From positions 128,001 through 192,000 of the IMG/VR virus record IMGVR_UViG_2595698524_000001: a stretch of DNA of 64,000 nt, one strand, 5' to 3'. This DNA comes from a virus (taxonomy: Duplodnaviria > Caudoviricetes). Below, piece by piece: positions 19,001 through 28,273 of this stretch. Each line of letters starts with the position of its first letter. Within the stretch, counting starts at the first letter, position 1. The notes beneath the pieces are model-generated. The model saw only the letters and a program-made list of their open reading frames with translations, did not search any database and was not told the DNA's origin. The position numbers and the translations under genes are program-made.

Positions 19001-20077
19001 ATCTTCAGACTGGTACTGTTTAACCGTACGACCAGTCAGCAGCGCTACCCCGTTCAGGGTGAGCTTATCAACACCGAGACTGTTCCCGTTCGTCGTAACA
19101 CGCAAGGTGTTCGTACCACAGACATATTCAACGTATTTGCTTCCCGATAAGTCCGTACCGGCTGCCGCCACAATCCCGCCCTGTGTGATGAGCTGAATCT
19201 TCGCAGCAGACAGTATCAGCTTGGTGTTACCCGTACTGTCCGAGATTACCGTTGATCCGTTCGCAAACTGGAACGTGCCTTTGACGTTCTTAGACAGATA
19301 GCGATGGATATACAGTTGAATGTCATTATCCGACAGTCCCTGTGAACGGATGTTCTCGATGAGCTGACGCAAGGTCAGCCCGTAAGTCAGGAAAGTATCC
19401 GGCACTTCTAACCCGACAGGGTGCGCGTTCAGCTGAGCTGTCGTCACGTCGTGCGGGTCAGTGTCGGCGATGTGCCCCGGATAGTTAAAGGTTTCAATGT
19501 CGGTGAACAGCTGGTTAGATAACCGCGTCAGTTCTTCCAACTCACCTTTTAAATCCTGCATGTCATCTTCAACGGCAGCATTAACATCATCTACCGCAGA
19601 AGCAACGTACTGTTTGTTTTTCGCATCTGACCAACTGCTATAGCTGGGCTTTTGCGGGAACAGTGCAGGAACCCCGTTAAGCGAACGGTAATCCGCGCTA
19701 CGAGGGTTATTGATGTACTTGATGAGATAGTCAAGGATTTCTGTCAGTGGGTCGTAGAAGTCCCCACCGAGCAGATTTCCATTGAATACCAGATTGCCGC
19801 TGATTTCAGGATTAATGAACTGGACACCGCAGTAGACCGGCGGAGCATCTGCTGCCAAAGCAGCTTTCAACGCTGACAGCTCATAGACGTATTCAAAGTC
19901 CACCCCTTCTTCAAGGGGCGTGGTGCTATTCCCGTTGAAGATTTCTAAAGCCCCGAAGAACGGGGCGTGGCTTAACATGACAACGCGGTCGCTGTTGTCA
20001 TTAGACTCGAGAATACGCTCCTCAGTGAAGGCATTCGTTGCAGCCTTCCCTGTAGGGTCGTACGGATATCTAGTCAT
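16055..20077 (-). CDS. Tail fibre protein (1340 aa), paralog
   Basis: YPYDPTG N-terminus, DPHDVTTAQL, DLASVDNTADLNKPLS and HKH fibre motifs. Confidence 0.75.
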   Translation of the reverse strand: MTRYPYDPTGKAATNAFTEERILESNDNSDRVVMLSHAPFFGALEIFNGNSTTPLEEGVDFEYVYELSALKAALAADAPPVYCGVQFINPEISGNLVFNGNLLGGDFYDPLTEILDYLIKYINNPRSADYRSLNGVPALFPQKPSYSSWSDAKNKQYVASAVDDVNAAVEDDMQDLKGELEELTRLSNQLFTDIETFNYPGHIADTDPHDVTTAQLNAHPVGLEVPDTFLTYGLTLRQLIENIRSQGLSDNDIQLYIHRYLSKNVKGTFQFANGSTVISDSTGNTKLILSAAKIQLITQGGIVAAAGTDLSGSKYVEYVCGTNTLRVTTNGNSLGVDKLTLNGVALLTGRTVKQYQSEDVNGDPENVQLNAQSTNITFKGKGTPSSPLEGALNIPKATKTVPGKVKLVSGTGAVADGVAATPDSGKPYNDGFNDMVPKNVLINNNPMSGTEIVLDKSDLDLASVDNTADLNKPLSTPQKTRTDALVAKNHKHDWPMLRIGQATRQAYGTVQIASTYSEVKDGQAVAPAVLKGLNDRLLELNKRFFGVMFRDTLEFTTVEATTFNVSGWTLNPTTTYRYFVARALDSAEGTFDGAVDLTQVPANLWYAIGCGVEKSWKLGFVHTTQPTNPLPQAKAVSTAVGKVGTAGLIVAAKVRMKFADEAIKVRARSSGKVSIWIDENLMADAQDNPEVEFWLEPGTHVIAVSALCEDTSKPASVAFDVQDGGSLIYNSSANTPVGEIGAYLPAQNNRFFIYGNVLRGRFQALGSPLPGGAVNTEMIYLGHVDTNDAGVITSGGPIQFGQIIDFGQFKELQTHMEDPDAHDTVDINSPEYSPANVKVIGLENTEAYGVADKSVTSAPDVAMFSDAAGMTLRTQGTLVVAEGAAAAAPLRVWVGVDGQSPYRWKNMANPQANNRVTYDGSFMANESGVLEFVATAINGRHEVLSLYAIDVPADGQASIAFVNEVTPQPVALPFTDIPRTNLISFVREEQTDVAASFNFPPHVNGVSVKKPRVLAIRYRYIPAEKRLNILIGAVGDATRTEVHRFCSLVFEQDLSRFFEGPFVGYSSSAKTGYRLMGSLFDHSIAPQYLNRLNYHTGLIQSYIRGSELAAYAAKQNGLHRGKAAHYGANDFAAMELATQVITTEQANGIVHECATYAVPHAMWPKSSRLLTQGRVPQVAYEMLNVGDTSLSSYSLGYISRRGFVMVAYKPDLLTNAKSVAVAISGQGSIGALIDGANVFAADLVGNAGTLTANANIVANADTKGVFSIICRPTANAPTPFVKARFTITYNDNSTKTFVTNNTDWFVTEYGDIPTIAMQNPWNLTQRNWEFAIQQVALEKE

Positions 20078-20088
20078 TGCTGAATCCT

Positions 20089-23000
20089 TTATTTCGTCGA
20101 GCGCACCATCAGCATGGTGTACGCGGTATTAAGTGAGTAATAAGAACAGTTAATAGCGGAATACTTGATACCCCGCCCATCCAAAGTTGGAAGAACCGGT
20201 GTACCCACTTGTGCCTCAAGAGCTGACTGCGCAAGCGTAGCAGAGGTCAGTGTGCCTTTCGCCACACGAACCTTACCTAACGGCGAAACGTTGTCCACAA
20301 GACTTCCCAGCGTGCTGTACAGCTTAGTGTTGTCAACCGCAGGATGTAACTGGAACGTATAGGTGCTTTTCGACTTATACAGGCCCAATACACCTGTCAG
20401 CACACTACCGTGGAAGAAATCGGTAGCGATGCCTTTGGAGCGCAACAACGGCCCCAGCTGAGTCATTTTACTTTGACCGTTGCTGTTACTTGCAGTGACA
20501 GTTAACGCATCAAGGTCGATGACGAACGTATCCGAAATCGCATCCAAGCTACTGACCGCACCGAGCTGAACCGTGAACACATTACCCACACGAGTAATTG
20601 TTGCAGGTTTGACAACCAACTGAGAGAGCTTCTGGGTGGTTGAGCGACCAGTGACACCGGGAACAACAATCTGCGTACCTTTCCCCGCATCGATAACGAC
20701 GGCATGGATAACCGGCTGCCCAGAGTCGTTTGCCCAACCCCCAACGTCCGGGTTTGCAATGACCGAAAGGGTATGCTCCTCGGTCTTCACTTTCCGGTAA
20801 GCCAACAGCCAACCTAACCATCCGCCATTGTCGGCAGTGCTATCGGTGGAGATTGTACCACGCATGGTGTAATCGGCCTGCTTCTGGGAGTGGGCCAAAC
20901 CGATGACCGCGTTCTGCCCAGTACCGTAGCTGGCAAACATCAACTGCTGCCCGGTCTGTGTCCACGACGCATTACCGAAGATACCCTGCCAGTCACGAAT
21001 ACCGTTGGTGAACCCAACTTTATAGTTACTGATAGATGCAGGGATATTCCGAACGCTGGAAAGGCCCAGACTGTTTTTGTCTGCCACTTTCTCAATGTGC
21101 GCACTCGGGTTCTCTACGTGTTCTTCGAACTCGCGGAAATTACCCAGACGTGTGACGTTGTAGACGTTAGCACGGTAAATGGTGTCACCGTCCGTTGTCA
21201 CTTCGCCAATCTCGGTTAACGTGTCGTTCTCCTGACGGCGTGTCGCACTGATAGAGTGCACTGCCGTACCGGTTGAAGTCACATCAACGTAGAGATAGAA
21301 AGTTTTGTTTGTGTACGCCCCAGGGAACAGGTCAATCAGGTTGTACGACACTGCAGGTACAGCACGACGGTCACCGCAGTAGTAGAAGTTCGCAGGGATA
21401 GAGACCATGAAGTCTTCGAATTCCACGCCTTCGACAAACCCTGCGCCGGACGTGCCGTAACGTAGGATGTTGATTACGGCAGGTGTCATCGTATCCGAAG
21501 ATAACGTGTCGACTTGGTCCAAACGTGCTTTCTGCTCCAGCACCTCACGACCATCAAGAACAACGGTGTTGTCGTTCTCAATACCGCCGAGTTTAACCGT
21601 ACCTTTGACCGTGGTAGTTGCGGTAGTAATACCGAACATACTCGCCGGGTGGGTGTGGTTTGGATTGTCCTCGTAGTCGGCGATTAACGCTTCCATCGCA
21701 TCTGACATCGGCATCAGGATGTCCGAAATATCAACAACCTCAGACAGCCCGTACATTGACTTCGACAGCGTAATAGAACCGGCCAGTTTAATGCCGTTAA
21801 TGTTCGCTTTGTCTTTGAGAAGCTTACCTGTGAAGTTCGCAGCCAGCTTCGCAATCAACGCAGGTGTAGCCGCCAGCGCAGAGCTGGTTCCGAAGTCATC
21901 TGTCACCAGACGCATCGCTAACGTGTTGACATCCGCAGCGCTTGGCGCTTGCCAAGTCGCAACAAACGGGTTAGACCCGATACCTTTACCCGTTAAGGTA
22001 ATGGTTGCTGTGCTCACGCCCACGAAACCAAGTGCTGCAGCGCCCCCTTGAGGGATATACGGCCCGATGGTGTCGTGAGTGAGTAGTTTAGCATTGTTCC
22101 ACGTTAAACCGCGTGCGTCGTTATACAGACGCAACACGCCCGTACCGGATTTGATATCGATGTACTGCGCAGCCGTTACTGAGACGTTGTCGTTCCGTGC
22201 AATTAACCAAGACTGCAGCTTATCGAACTTCGCCAGAATACGAATGTTGTTTGCATCCGACCCTTGCGTGAACTGCGTTAAGCCTTCGACGCCAACGATA
22301 GTCCCTTTCAGTAAACGGCTAGAGACTTCACGACGCACTTTAGACAACAGGGAGTTCTGCGTCGGCGCTAAGCTGTTAACGTAGGTTGTCAGCTGTGGCA
22401 GCGTTCGTCCGTAAGCACGGACAGCGTCAGCAGAGATACCGTTACGAACCAGCGCACCAATCCAACCAGCTTCTTCGTCATGCGGGTTGTCTTTACGCAA
22501 AATGTGGTCGTGTGCAGGGGCTTGGTCGAAGCTTGCCCGCAGCAGGTTATACCACGTCTTTAGAAGACCCAATGTGTCTTCGGAAATATCCGCTTCGAAC
22601 CCGGGACAGTCGATGATCTGCATGTACCCGTTGAGTTTAACGCCAACCGAAGTGCGGATATCGGTGGCCCCTGCTAAGCGCGCAGCAATACCGTAATTGG
22701 TGTACACATTCAACAGAGAAGCAGGCGGGTTATTGTGGTTATACACAAGTTTACCGATGATGCCATCCGCATTACTAATGTACAACTCAAACCCGTTCTG
22801 CGCACGGTTGCGCGAGATACGCACTTTAAACGCTTTGGCAAACTTTGCTTTTGGGAAAGCAAAAGAGGCAATTTCCCACGATGTATACGCGCTATTCTCA
22901 CGACGGTTCAAAGTCACTTTGAACTTCTGAGTGGCATAATCGTAAATCAGGCGGCAATCAACGAAGTTAGAAGACCAACTGTTATTGAAGAAGATGCTGA

Positions 23001-23715
23001 AGTTGGCAGCGGTCGCCGTTTGCATACCCGGTAAATAGAACTCGCAAGTATACAGGTAGTCGGACACTGCAAAGCCTGAGTAACTACCAAAGTCGAAACG
23101 ATAATCACTGTTGTTAGTAAAGGCGTGTCTGCCGGTAGGGGCATCAAAACGCACACCGCCGTGTGAATAATCCTGCACGTAACCTTGCGCAGTAGTGACG
23201 GTTAACGGGTCTTTCTTAGGCGGCTTATATTTCAGCCCTTCGGCCAGCACACCTAAGGCGTCCATCAGCTCACGTTCACCGCACCAGTTATCCCAATCAA
23301 ACTGGATATCTACCGGTGGAAAATACGGGTCACCGACGACGTCTTCCCAATATTTATCAGTGAAGACGGTATTCCCGGCAATAAAAGCAGTTTTTTGTGC
23401 TGCCGTAGCAGCATTAATACCTACTGGATGGTAGGTCACTGTCAATGCACGGGAAACTGAGTCGTCAATAACCAAAATAGCGCCGTGAATACGGCGAGCT
23501 GTACGCAGCACCCCGGTGGCGTACGGCAACACTTTATAATAGTGCACCTGCTCTTGGAGTTCTTTTGTACCATCGAAAAGCTTAAACTCGAGGTCGGTAT
23601 AATACGGACCGTGAGTCGGGAAAATAAGTCGCGGGCCGGTAGCAGGCAGAGTTTGTGCTTCTTTTGTCTGCACGTTTTCCGCTACTGTCCCATGTGGATC
23701 AAACACGACAGACAT
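20089..23715 (-). CDS. Tail fibre protein (1208 aa), paralog
   Basis: FDPHG N-terminus, DNPHDE, GLSEVVDISD, HTH and ATTTVKGTVKL fibre motifs. Confidence 0.75.
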   Translation of the reverse strand: MSVVFDPHGTVAENVQTKEAQTLPATGPRLIFPTHGPYYTDLEFKLFDGTKELQEQVHYYKVLPYATGVLRTARRIHGAILVIDDSVSRALTVTYHPVGINAATAAQKTAFIAGNTVFTDKYWEDVVGDPYFPPVDIQFDWDNWCGERELMDALGVLAEGLKYKPPKKDPLTVTTAQGYVQDYSHGGVRFDAPTGRHAFTNNSDYRFDFGSYSGFAVSDYLYTCEFYLPGMQTATAANFSIFFNNSWSSNFVDCRLIYDYATQKFKVTLNRRENSAYTSWEIASFAFPKAKFAKAFKVRISRNRAQNGFELYISNADGIIGKLVYNHNNPPASLLNVYTNYGIAARLAGATDIRTSVGVKLNGYMQIIDCPGFEADISEDTLGLLKTWYNLLRASFDQAPAHDHILRKDNPHDEEAGWIGALVRNGISADAVRAYGRTLPQLTTYVNSLAPTQNSLLSKVRREVSSRLLKGTIVGVEGLTQFTQGSDANNIRILAKFDKLQSWLIARNDNVSVTAAQYIDIKSGTGVLRLYNDARGLTWNNAKLLTHDTIGPYIPQGGAAALGFVGVSTATITLTGKGIGSNPFVATWQAPSAADVNTLAMRLVTDDFGTSSALAATPALIAKLAANFTGKLLKDKANINGIKLAGSITLSKSMYGLSEVVDISDILMPMSDAMEALIADYEDNPNHTHPASMFGITTATTTVKGTVKLGGIENDNTVVLDGREVLEQKARLDQVDTLSSDTMTPAVINILRYGTSGAGFVEGVEFEDFMVSIPANFYYCGDRRAVPAVSYNLIDLFPGAYTNKTFYLYVDVTSTGTAVHSISATRRQENDTLTEIGEVTTDGDTIYRANVYNVTRLGNFREFEEHVENPSAHIEKVADKNSLGLSSVRNIPASISNYKVGFTNGIRDWQGIFGNASWTQTGQQLMFASYGTGQNAVIGLAHSQKQADYTMRGTISTDSTADNGGWLGWLLAYRKVKTEEHTLSVIANPDVGGWANDSGQPVIHAVVIDAGKGTQIVVPGVTGRSTTQKLSQLVVKPATITRVGNVFTVQLGAVSSLDAISDTFVIDLDALTVTASNSNGQSKMTQLGPLLRSKGIATDFFHGSVLTGVLGLYKSKSTYTFQLHPAVDNTKLYSTLGSLVDNVSPLGKVRVAKGTLTSATLAQSALEAQVGTPVLPTLDGRGIKYSAINCSYYSLNTAYTMLMVRSTK

Positions 23716-23784
23716 GGATTACTCCTTTGTAAACTGGGCCACCGAGGGTCATATTATGACCTTTCTTCTAACGAGGAACCCCTA

Positions 23785-25032
23785 ATGGAAGCGATTTATC
23801 AAGTGCGGTCAGACAACGCTTTCGGCTATAATCGCAGTACCCGCATTTGGGAAAATGTTGATATCACGCTGCCGATTAAGACGTTGCTCGACCAGTATCA
23901 CGAAATTGAAGTCGGTGTTGATGACTTTAATAGCAAACCCTTTACTTTTTTTACCCGGTTGCATCTGTCCGACCTGAGCAACTTCACGGGCAATCTTCAG
24001 GCGTGGTTCACCTCGAAAGCCGGGGTAGCAATTACTACGTTGAAAGAAGGTTATCCGGTTCTGGAGTTCAATAAGGCATACTACCAGTCATTGTTCTGGG
24101 ACATCGGTATCAAAACCCATATCTGTCCTCCGGGTACACACTTCACGCAGGATTTCGCTATTGATGACGCGACAGACATTGTCGTTGAAATTGAGAAAGA
24201 GAACTCTGCACTTTACAACAATTACGCGTTGTATAATGTTGACGGGTACTGGGTACCGCATGTCTACGACGATGCTGGTATTCGCCTAACTGCGGCCGGT
24301 AAAATCGTTAAGCGTAGTGGCCGTGTCTCGGTTGGTTGTCTTGTGATGAAACATATCGCCAAGGTGAAGACCATACCGATTACTGACGATATGTTATTTC
24401 GCGTCGACACTTCGATGGACTGGACTTCGAATCTGCTGCTGAAAGTGGGTACGGGGCTAACCGGGAAAACGGTTGGGTTAGTAATTGGTGGGGTGTTGCG
24501 TTGGCTTAAACCGTCACAGATAATCTCTGACACCACCGCAACGGTTTCACTCTCTAACCTGAACCTGCTCAAGCAACTGCTGATGTCAGAAACGCATTAT
24601 GACTGGGATGCCCTCGGTCTAGGTGATTTCGCATCGCCTTCTGCAGTGGCTAAGCTGCGCAATACCGAAACGCTCCGTGCTTTGCTGAAACACGAATCCT
24701 CGTTCTTGGTGACCATTGATACCCCGTATCTGGAAATCAGTAACGACTACGTGAACCACACGGCTAACCCGGGCATCTTCTATTACGCCGACAAAAACGG
24801 TGACAAAACACTCGGTATCCTGACTAACGACTTGGGCAAGTGCATTGACTACTGGCCTATTTGGGAAGAAGGAGAGTGGACACTTAACACCAACGAGTTG
24901 TCTAACCCGAGTTATGTTGCCTTCACGTCAAAGTGGCAGAACCACCATGTAGTGAACGATGCGTTTACCCATCTGGACCGTTACCGTAAACCAATGGCGG
25001 TGATGCAGCAGTTCCGAGCCAGAAAAAATTAA
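23785..25032 (+). CDS. Probable virion structural protein
   Basis: GAGGA RBS before MEAIYQ at 23785; divergent from the fibre operon. The upstream ORF extension overlaps the fibre gene and is unlikely. Confidence 0.7.
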   Translation: MEAIYQVRSDNAFGYNRSTRIWENVDITLPIKTLLDQYHEIEVGVDDFNSKPFTFFTRLHLSDLSNFTGNLQAWFTSKAGVAITTLKEGYPVLEFNKAYYQSLFWDIGIKTHICPPGTHFTQDFAIDDATDIVVEIEKENSALYNNYALYNVDGYWVPHVYDDAGIRLTAAGKIVKRSGRVSVGCLVMKHIAKVKTIPITDDMLFRVDTSMDWTSNLLLKVGTGLTGKTVGLVIGGVLRWLKPSQIISDTTATVSLSNLNLLKQLLMSETHYDWDALGLGDFASPSAVAKLRNTETLRALLKHESSFLVTIDTPYLEISNDYVNHTANPGIFYYADKNGDKTLGILTNDLGKCIDYWPIWEEGEWTLNTNELSNPSYVAFTSKWQNHHVVNDAFTHLDRYRKPMAVMQQFRARKN

Positions 25033-25036
25033 AGAT

Positions 25037-25061
25037 AACTACTCTCCCATCGGGAGAGTAG
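25037..25061. terminator. Bidirectional intrinsic terminator
   Basis: CTACTCTCCC-atc-GGGAGAGTAG plus T-tract between convergent genes; same stem as at 1735. Confidence 0.8.
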
Positions 25062-25074
25062 CCTTTTACTTTTT

Positions 25075-25281
25075 TTACGCGTCTGCTTTGTACACAATCG
25101 CGTTGCCGTGCATTTTGTTGTCACCGCCGGCAGCAGTGATAACGATAGCGTCGCCGCCCAGCTCTGCCGCTTTCGCTTCCAGTGCTTTTTCGACGTCGTT
25201 CAGAGTGGCCTGGCCAGAAACAGAAACATGACCGATTTCAGAATAGCCTGCCGGTACAGAACCTTTTGCGAACTGTTGCAT
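25075..25281 (-). CDS. YdgH/BhsA/McbA (DUF1471)-like protein without signal peptide
   Basis: IGHVSVSG..TLNDVEKAL..KA...G...IVITAA...KMHGNAIVYK matches the family pattern; GAGGA RBS. Confidence 0.8.
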   Translation of the reverse strand: MQQFAKGSVPAGYSEIGHVSVSGQATLNDVEKALEAKAAELGGDAIVITAAGGDNKMHGNAIVYKADA

Positions 25282-25591
25282 AACTTCATCCTCAGTTGTG
25301 TTGCGAGTAACAAGACCCCATGTCTTTTACCCCATGTGCATACTAAGGCAAACAAATTAGAATTCCCCCTAGACGAGGTTGGCGCGAATCATTTATCGGC
25401 CGAAACAAGTCGTAGGGGGTATTCCGTTTTTTGGTCCGCTTCAGCAATCGCAATCGCTTATCGAATCCACAGGCGCGCACGCCAGTAATGGGCTAATGAA
25501 AGCCTCTTTCAGTTCCAAATTGTGGGCACTACTGTTGCTACCGATTAAACAGTGCATGTTGCATATAATAGCAACAACTGTTGTTATTGAA

Positions 25592-26500
25592 TTATTTCGG
25601 TTTAGATACGTCTTTACCGTCGCCCTGTTCAGTGTGGACGTGCAGACTAAAGGTGATACCCTTAATGACCGCTTCGGTAACGGTGAACGTACCTTTACCG
25701 GTTCCTTTCCCGTTGTAAGTGAAATCTTTACCAACGAGGAAGTTGCCGGTCGTTTCATGCTCAGGCGTATCGTGCGTTACTTTACTTGACGCTTTGACAG
25801 TTGCCGTTTCACACTCAACCAACCACTCTTTCGTCTTCCAGTGAATCTTATCCTTCGCTGTCCCGAATATCTCATCACGCACCATATGCATCTTGGTACC
25901 GAAAGAGTTCTCCGCGCCGATATCGCCTTCTTCAGAAGCCAGCCAGATTTTGTTACCGACGTCGTCCATGATGACAAACTTCGATTCTTCAGTGTCGAGC
26001 TGAATATCGTAACCAAACTTCTCACCGTTCATCTTCGACGTGTGGAGTGTGATATGTTTGTCTTCTGGAGAGAAGGCCATCCAGTAGGCGTTGGCAAGGT
26101 TATTAACGGTGCCGTTCTTCGGGTCAGCGCCAAAGGCAAACACGACATGCTCTAAACGCTTGGCGTTCATGCAATTCATGTCTTCCCAGTAATAGATATC
26201 CGTTTCACCCAAACGGTTAATGCGAACTTGGTCGCCTTTCTTCACGTCCGGGGAAGTTACACGGTTGCTGTTGAGATGCATCCACGTTGCGTCAATGGTT
26301 TTACCCATTGTGAGCTTCAGGTTGTCCTGTGCCCCCTTCGCGTTCTTGTAGGACATCTCAACTTCTTGTTCCTGAGCATCGATAGTCGTTGCGTTGGCGA
26401 AGTTCACCTCGATGGGGATGACTTTAATGACGTCCGTACCTCGGGGCTTGTCTTCCGCAACGATACCATAGCTGTAGGCTTTTAGTTGTGAAATTTCCAT
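25592..26500 (-). CDS. Baseplate central spike protein (gp5/gpV-like: OB fold, beta-helix, HxH tip)
   Basis: SPDVKKGDQV OB-fold pattern, beta-helix-like repeats, C-terminal LHVHTEQGDG metal-binding apex motif. Confidence 0.75.
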   Translation of the reverse strand: MEISQLKAYSYGIVAEDKPRGTDVIKVIPIEVNFANATTIDAQEQEVEMSYKNAKGAQDNLKLTMGKTIDATWMHLNSNRVTSPDVKKGDQVRINRLGETDIYYWEDMNCMNAKRLEHVVFAFGADPKNGTVNNLANAYWMAFSPEDKHITLHTSKMNGEKFGYDIQLDTEESKFVIMDDVGNKIWLASEEGDIGAENSFGTKMHMVRDEIFGTAKDKIHWKTKEWLVECETATVKASSKVTHDTPEHETTGNFLVGKDFTYNGKGTGKGTFTVTEAVIKGITFSLHVHTEQGDGKDVSKPK

Positions 26501-26694
26501 TAGTCACCTCGTTGTACGTTACATACTATCCCGCTACTCTCTTTTTTTACGTTACACCCCTAGTTTATAGAAGGATACGTGAGAACGGATTCTGGGGAGA
26601 GGGGGCTTTTAATACACGGAGCGTAGCGACATCCTTATTCTTGTTTTGATCCCTTTAACATAGCCTTCCTCCTTTTTTCTAGTGAATTTATTTT

Positions 26695-26715
26695 CAGATA
26701 TATATTACCTAAGTG
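26695..26715 (+). promoter_or_regulatory. Putative phage early promoter (contains TATATTAC)
   Basis: CAGATATATATTACCTAAGTG. TATATTAC is the early-promoter core reported for phiKZ; related copies occur elsewhere in the window. Confidence 0.65.
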
Positions 26716-26797
26716 AATAGAACCATGTGTTCTTCAACTCCCCACTTTCCTTTAGTGAATTGATTGGGGTTAACTGAGACTACTAGAGGTTTTAGAA

Positions 26798-27892
26798 ATG
26801 AGTAATGAAAAACTGGTACGTGGTATTGAAACTCTGCTGAACGATATTGCAGATAAAAAAGATACTTTCGATAACTTTGCGCCGCGCCTGACAACTCTTC
26901 TAAGAAAAGAGGAAAACGCCAGCTGGGATTGCTTCTCAGTACCGACGGCTATTGGCCTATCGAATTTAGAAGAATGGCTGATTAAAGAGCATCAGCTTGA
27001 CTTAGATTACCTGTGTCCGACCAAAGAAGGTCTGCAGAAAATTCTACAAGGCGTTTCTGATGCCATTTACAAGCCTTATGGCGACAGCAAACCAACTTGG
27101 GAAGTTTACGAGGGTGGGACGTATAAACTCCTTATTCAGCGTATGCGCAACATTCCGTTGTACGCGGCTGTAATCAAGAGAGACAAATCGGCTGTATATG
27201 ACGAAACGGGGACACGACTGCAGACGACGCAAGACTTCGTTAACAAAATTAAGAGTCAGGTTATTGAGCTTTACGAACGACGTGTTAACCAGTCAGACGT
27301 TGTCAAGGATATTGCAGCGTTCATCGCACATGAAACAAAATCTCCTTGGAAGCCAACCTCGCTAAAACACCATGATTTTGAAACGCAGTCTCCACGGTTG
27401 TTTCCAGAAGACCAGCGGGATAAACCGTTTTTAATAGAAGCATGGAACGCGACAGCGCCGTCGGGTGCTTTGATGAGCGAGATTGCAGACGCCATTACTG
27501 CCGGCACTCAACACTATTACGACTTCCCCCTCAAAACCCGCTTCAGCGGTTGGTTGGGTAAGTCGGGCGAATCACGTTGTATACATTTGAGATTCTGCAC
27601 CGCGCCTGCTACGGGTGGGTGTCAAGATGTCTTGCAAACAAACATGATTCTTTCTCTGGACGAGGTGGAATCGAACATGGGGTCTCGGGAAGCACGCTAT
27701 GCGGCATTCCTTCCAGATTCCGGCGACCGGAGCCGTAATGAGCCGGTTTATTTGATGTCGGCGAAAGCCACACGCTCCCTAACTAACGGGCGACCGTTAA
27801 CTGCAGCCCTTGACGACATTCGCCATGTCGCAAAGCAACAGGGGTGGAGTGATGTGCAGGCTTTTGGACAGCAACTGCTGTTCATTAGCTAA
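26798..27892 (+). CDS. Hypothetical protein
   Basis: 364-aa ORF with GAGG RBS. Confidence 0.7.
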   Translation: MSNEKLVRGIETLLNDIADKKDTFDNFAPRLTTLLRKEENASWDCFSVPTAIGLSNLEEWLIKEHQLDLDYLCPTKEGLQKILQGVSDAIYKPYGDSKPTWEVYEGGTYKLLIQRMRNIPLYAAVIKRDKSAVYDETGTRLQTTQDFVNKIKSQVIELYERRVNQSDVVKDIAAFIAHETKSPWKPTSLKHHDFETQSPRLFPEDQRDKPFLIEAWNATAPSGALMSEIADAITAGTQHYYDFPLKTRFSGWLGKSGESRCIHLRFCTAPATGGCQDVLQTNMILSLDEVESNMGSREARYAAFLPDSGDRSRNEPVYLMSAKATRSLTNGRPLTAALDDIRHVAKQQGWSDVQAFGQQLLFIS

Positions 27893-27904
27893 AACTATAA
27901 AACT

Positions 27905-27924
27905 GGAGGGGCGTAGACCCCTCC
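27905..27924 (+). terminator. Putative stem-loop/terminator
   Basis: GGAGGGG-cgtaga-CCCCTCC followed by CTTT. Confidence 0.45.
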
Positions 27925-27961
27925 CTTTAGCATTATTCGTTGCAATAAAGAGGTATCCACT

Positions 27962-28249
27962 ATGTTTGACTTTATTAATAAACTGATTATCGCCGCTTCT
28001 CTTTCCAACAAGGAATCCGCAGCTTACCTCCGTGCTAACACAGAACTCGGACGTTGGTTGTTCCGCCGCGATAACCGTATCGATTTAGATAAAGTTCAAC
28101 GTTTAGTCAATGAAGACTACGACGTTCGGTTTATCACCCGCCACCCTGACTCACATGTGGCTAAGCGTGATGCTAATACTAAAACCGGCGACGTGGTTGT
28201 AATCAAACATAACGGGGCGGAGTTCGAATACGAATATCGCCTCGAATAA
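27962..28249 (+). CDS. Hypothetical protein
   Basis: 95-aa ORF with GAGG RBS. Confidence 0.7.
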   Translation: MFDFINKLIIAASLSNKESAAYLRANTELGRWLFRRDNRIDLDKVQRLVNEDYDVRFITRHPDSHVAKRDANTKTGDVVVIKHNGAEFEYEYRLE

Positions 28250-28273
28250 AATTTAAAATTCGGAGTGTACAAA

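Noticed and set aside
23485-23784. 100-codon N-terminal extension of the 515-aa ORF
   Set aside because: It is mostly antisense to the fibre gene start; a good RBS precedes ATG 23785.
25379-25789. ORFs 25379..25789 (+) and 25441..25758 (-)
   Set aside because: Both overlap the spike gene, lack an RBS and have atypical composition.
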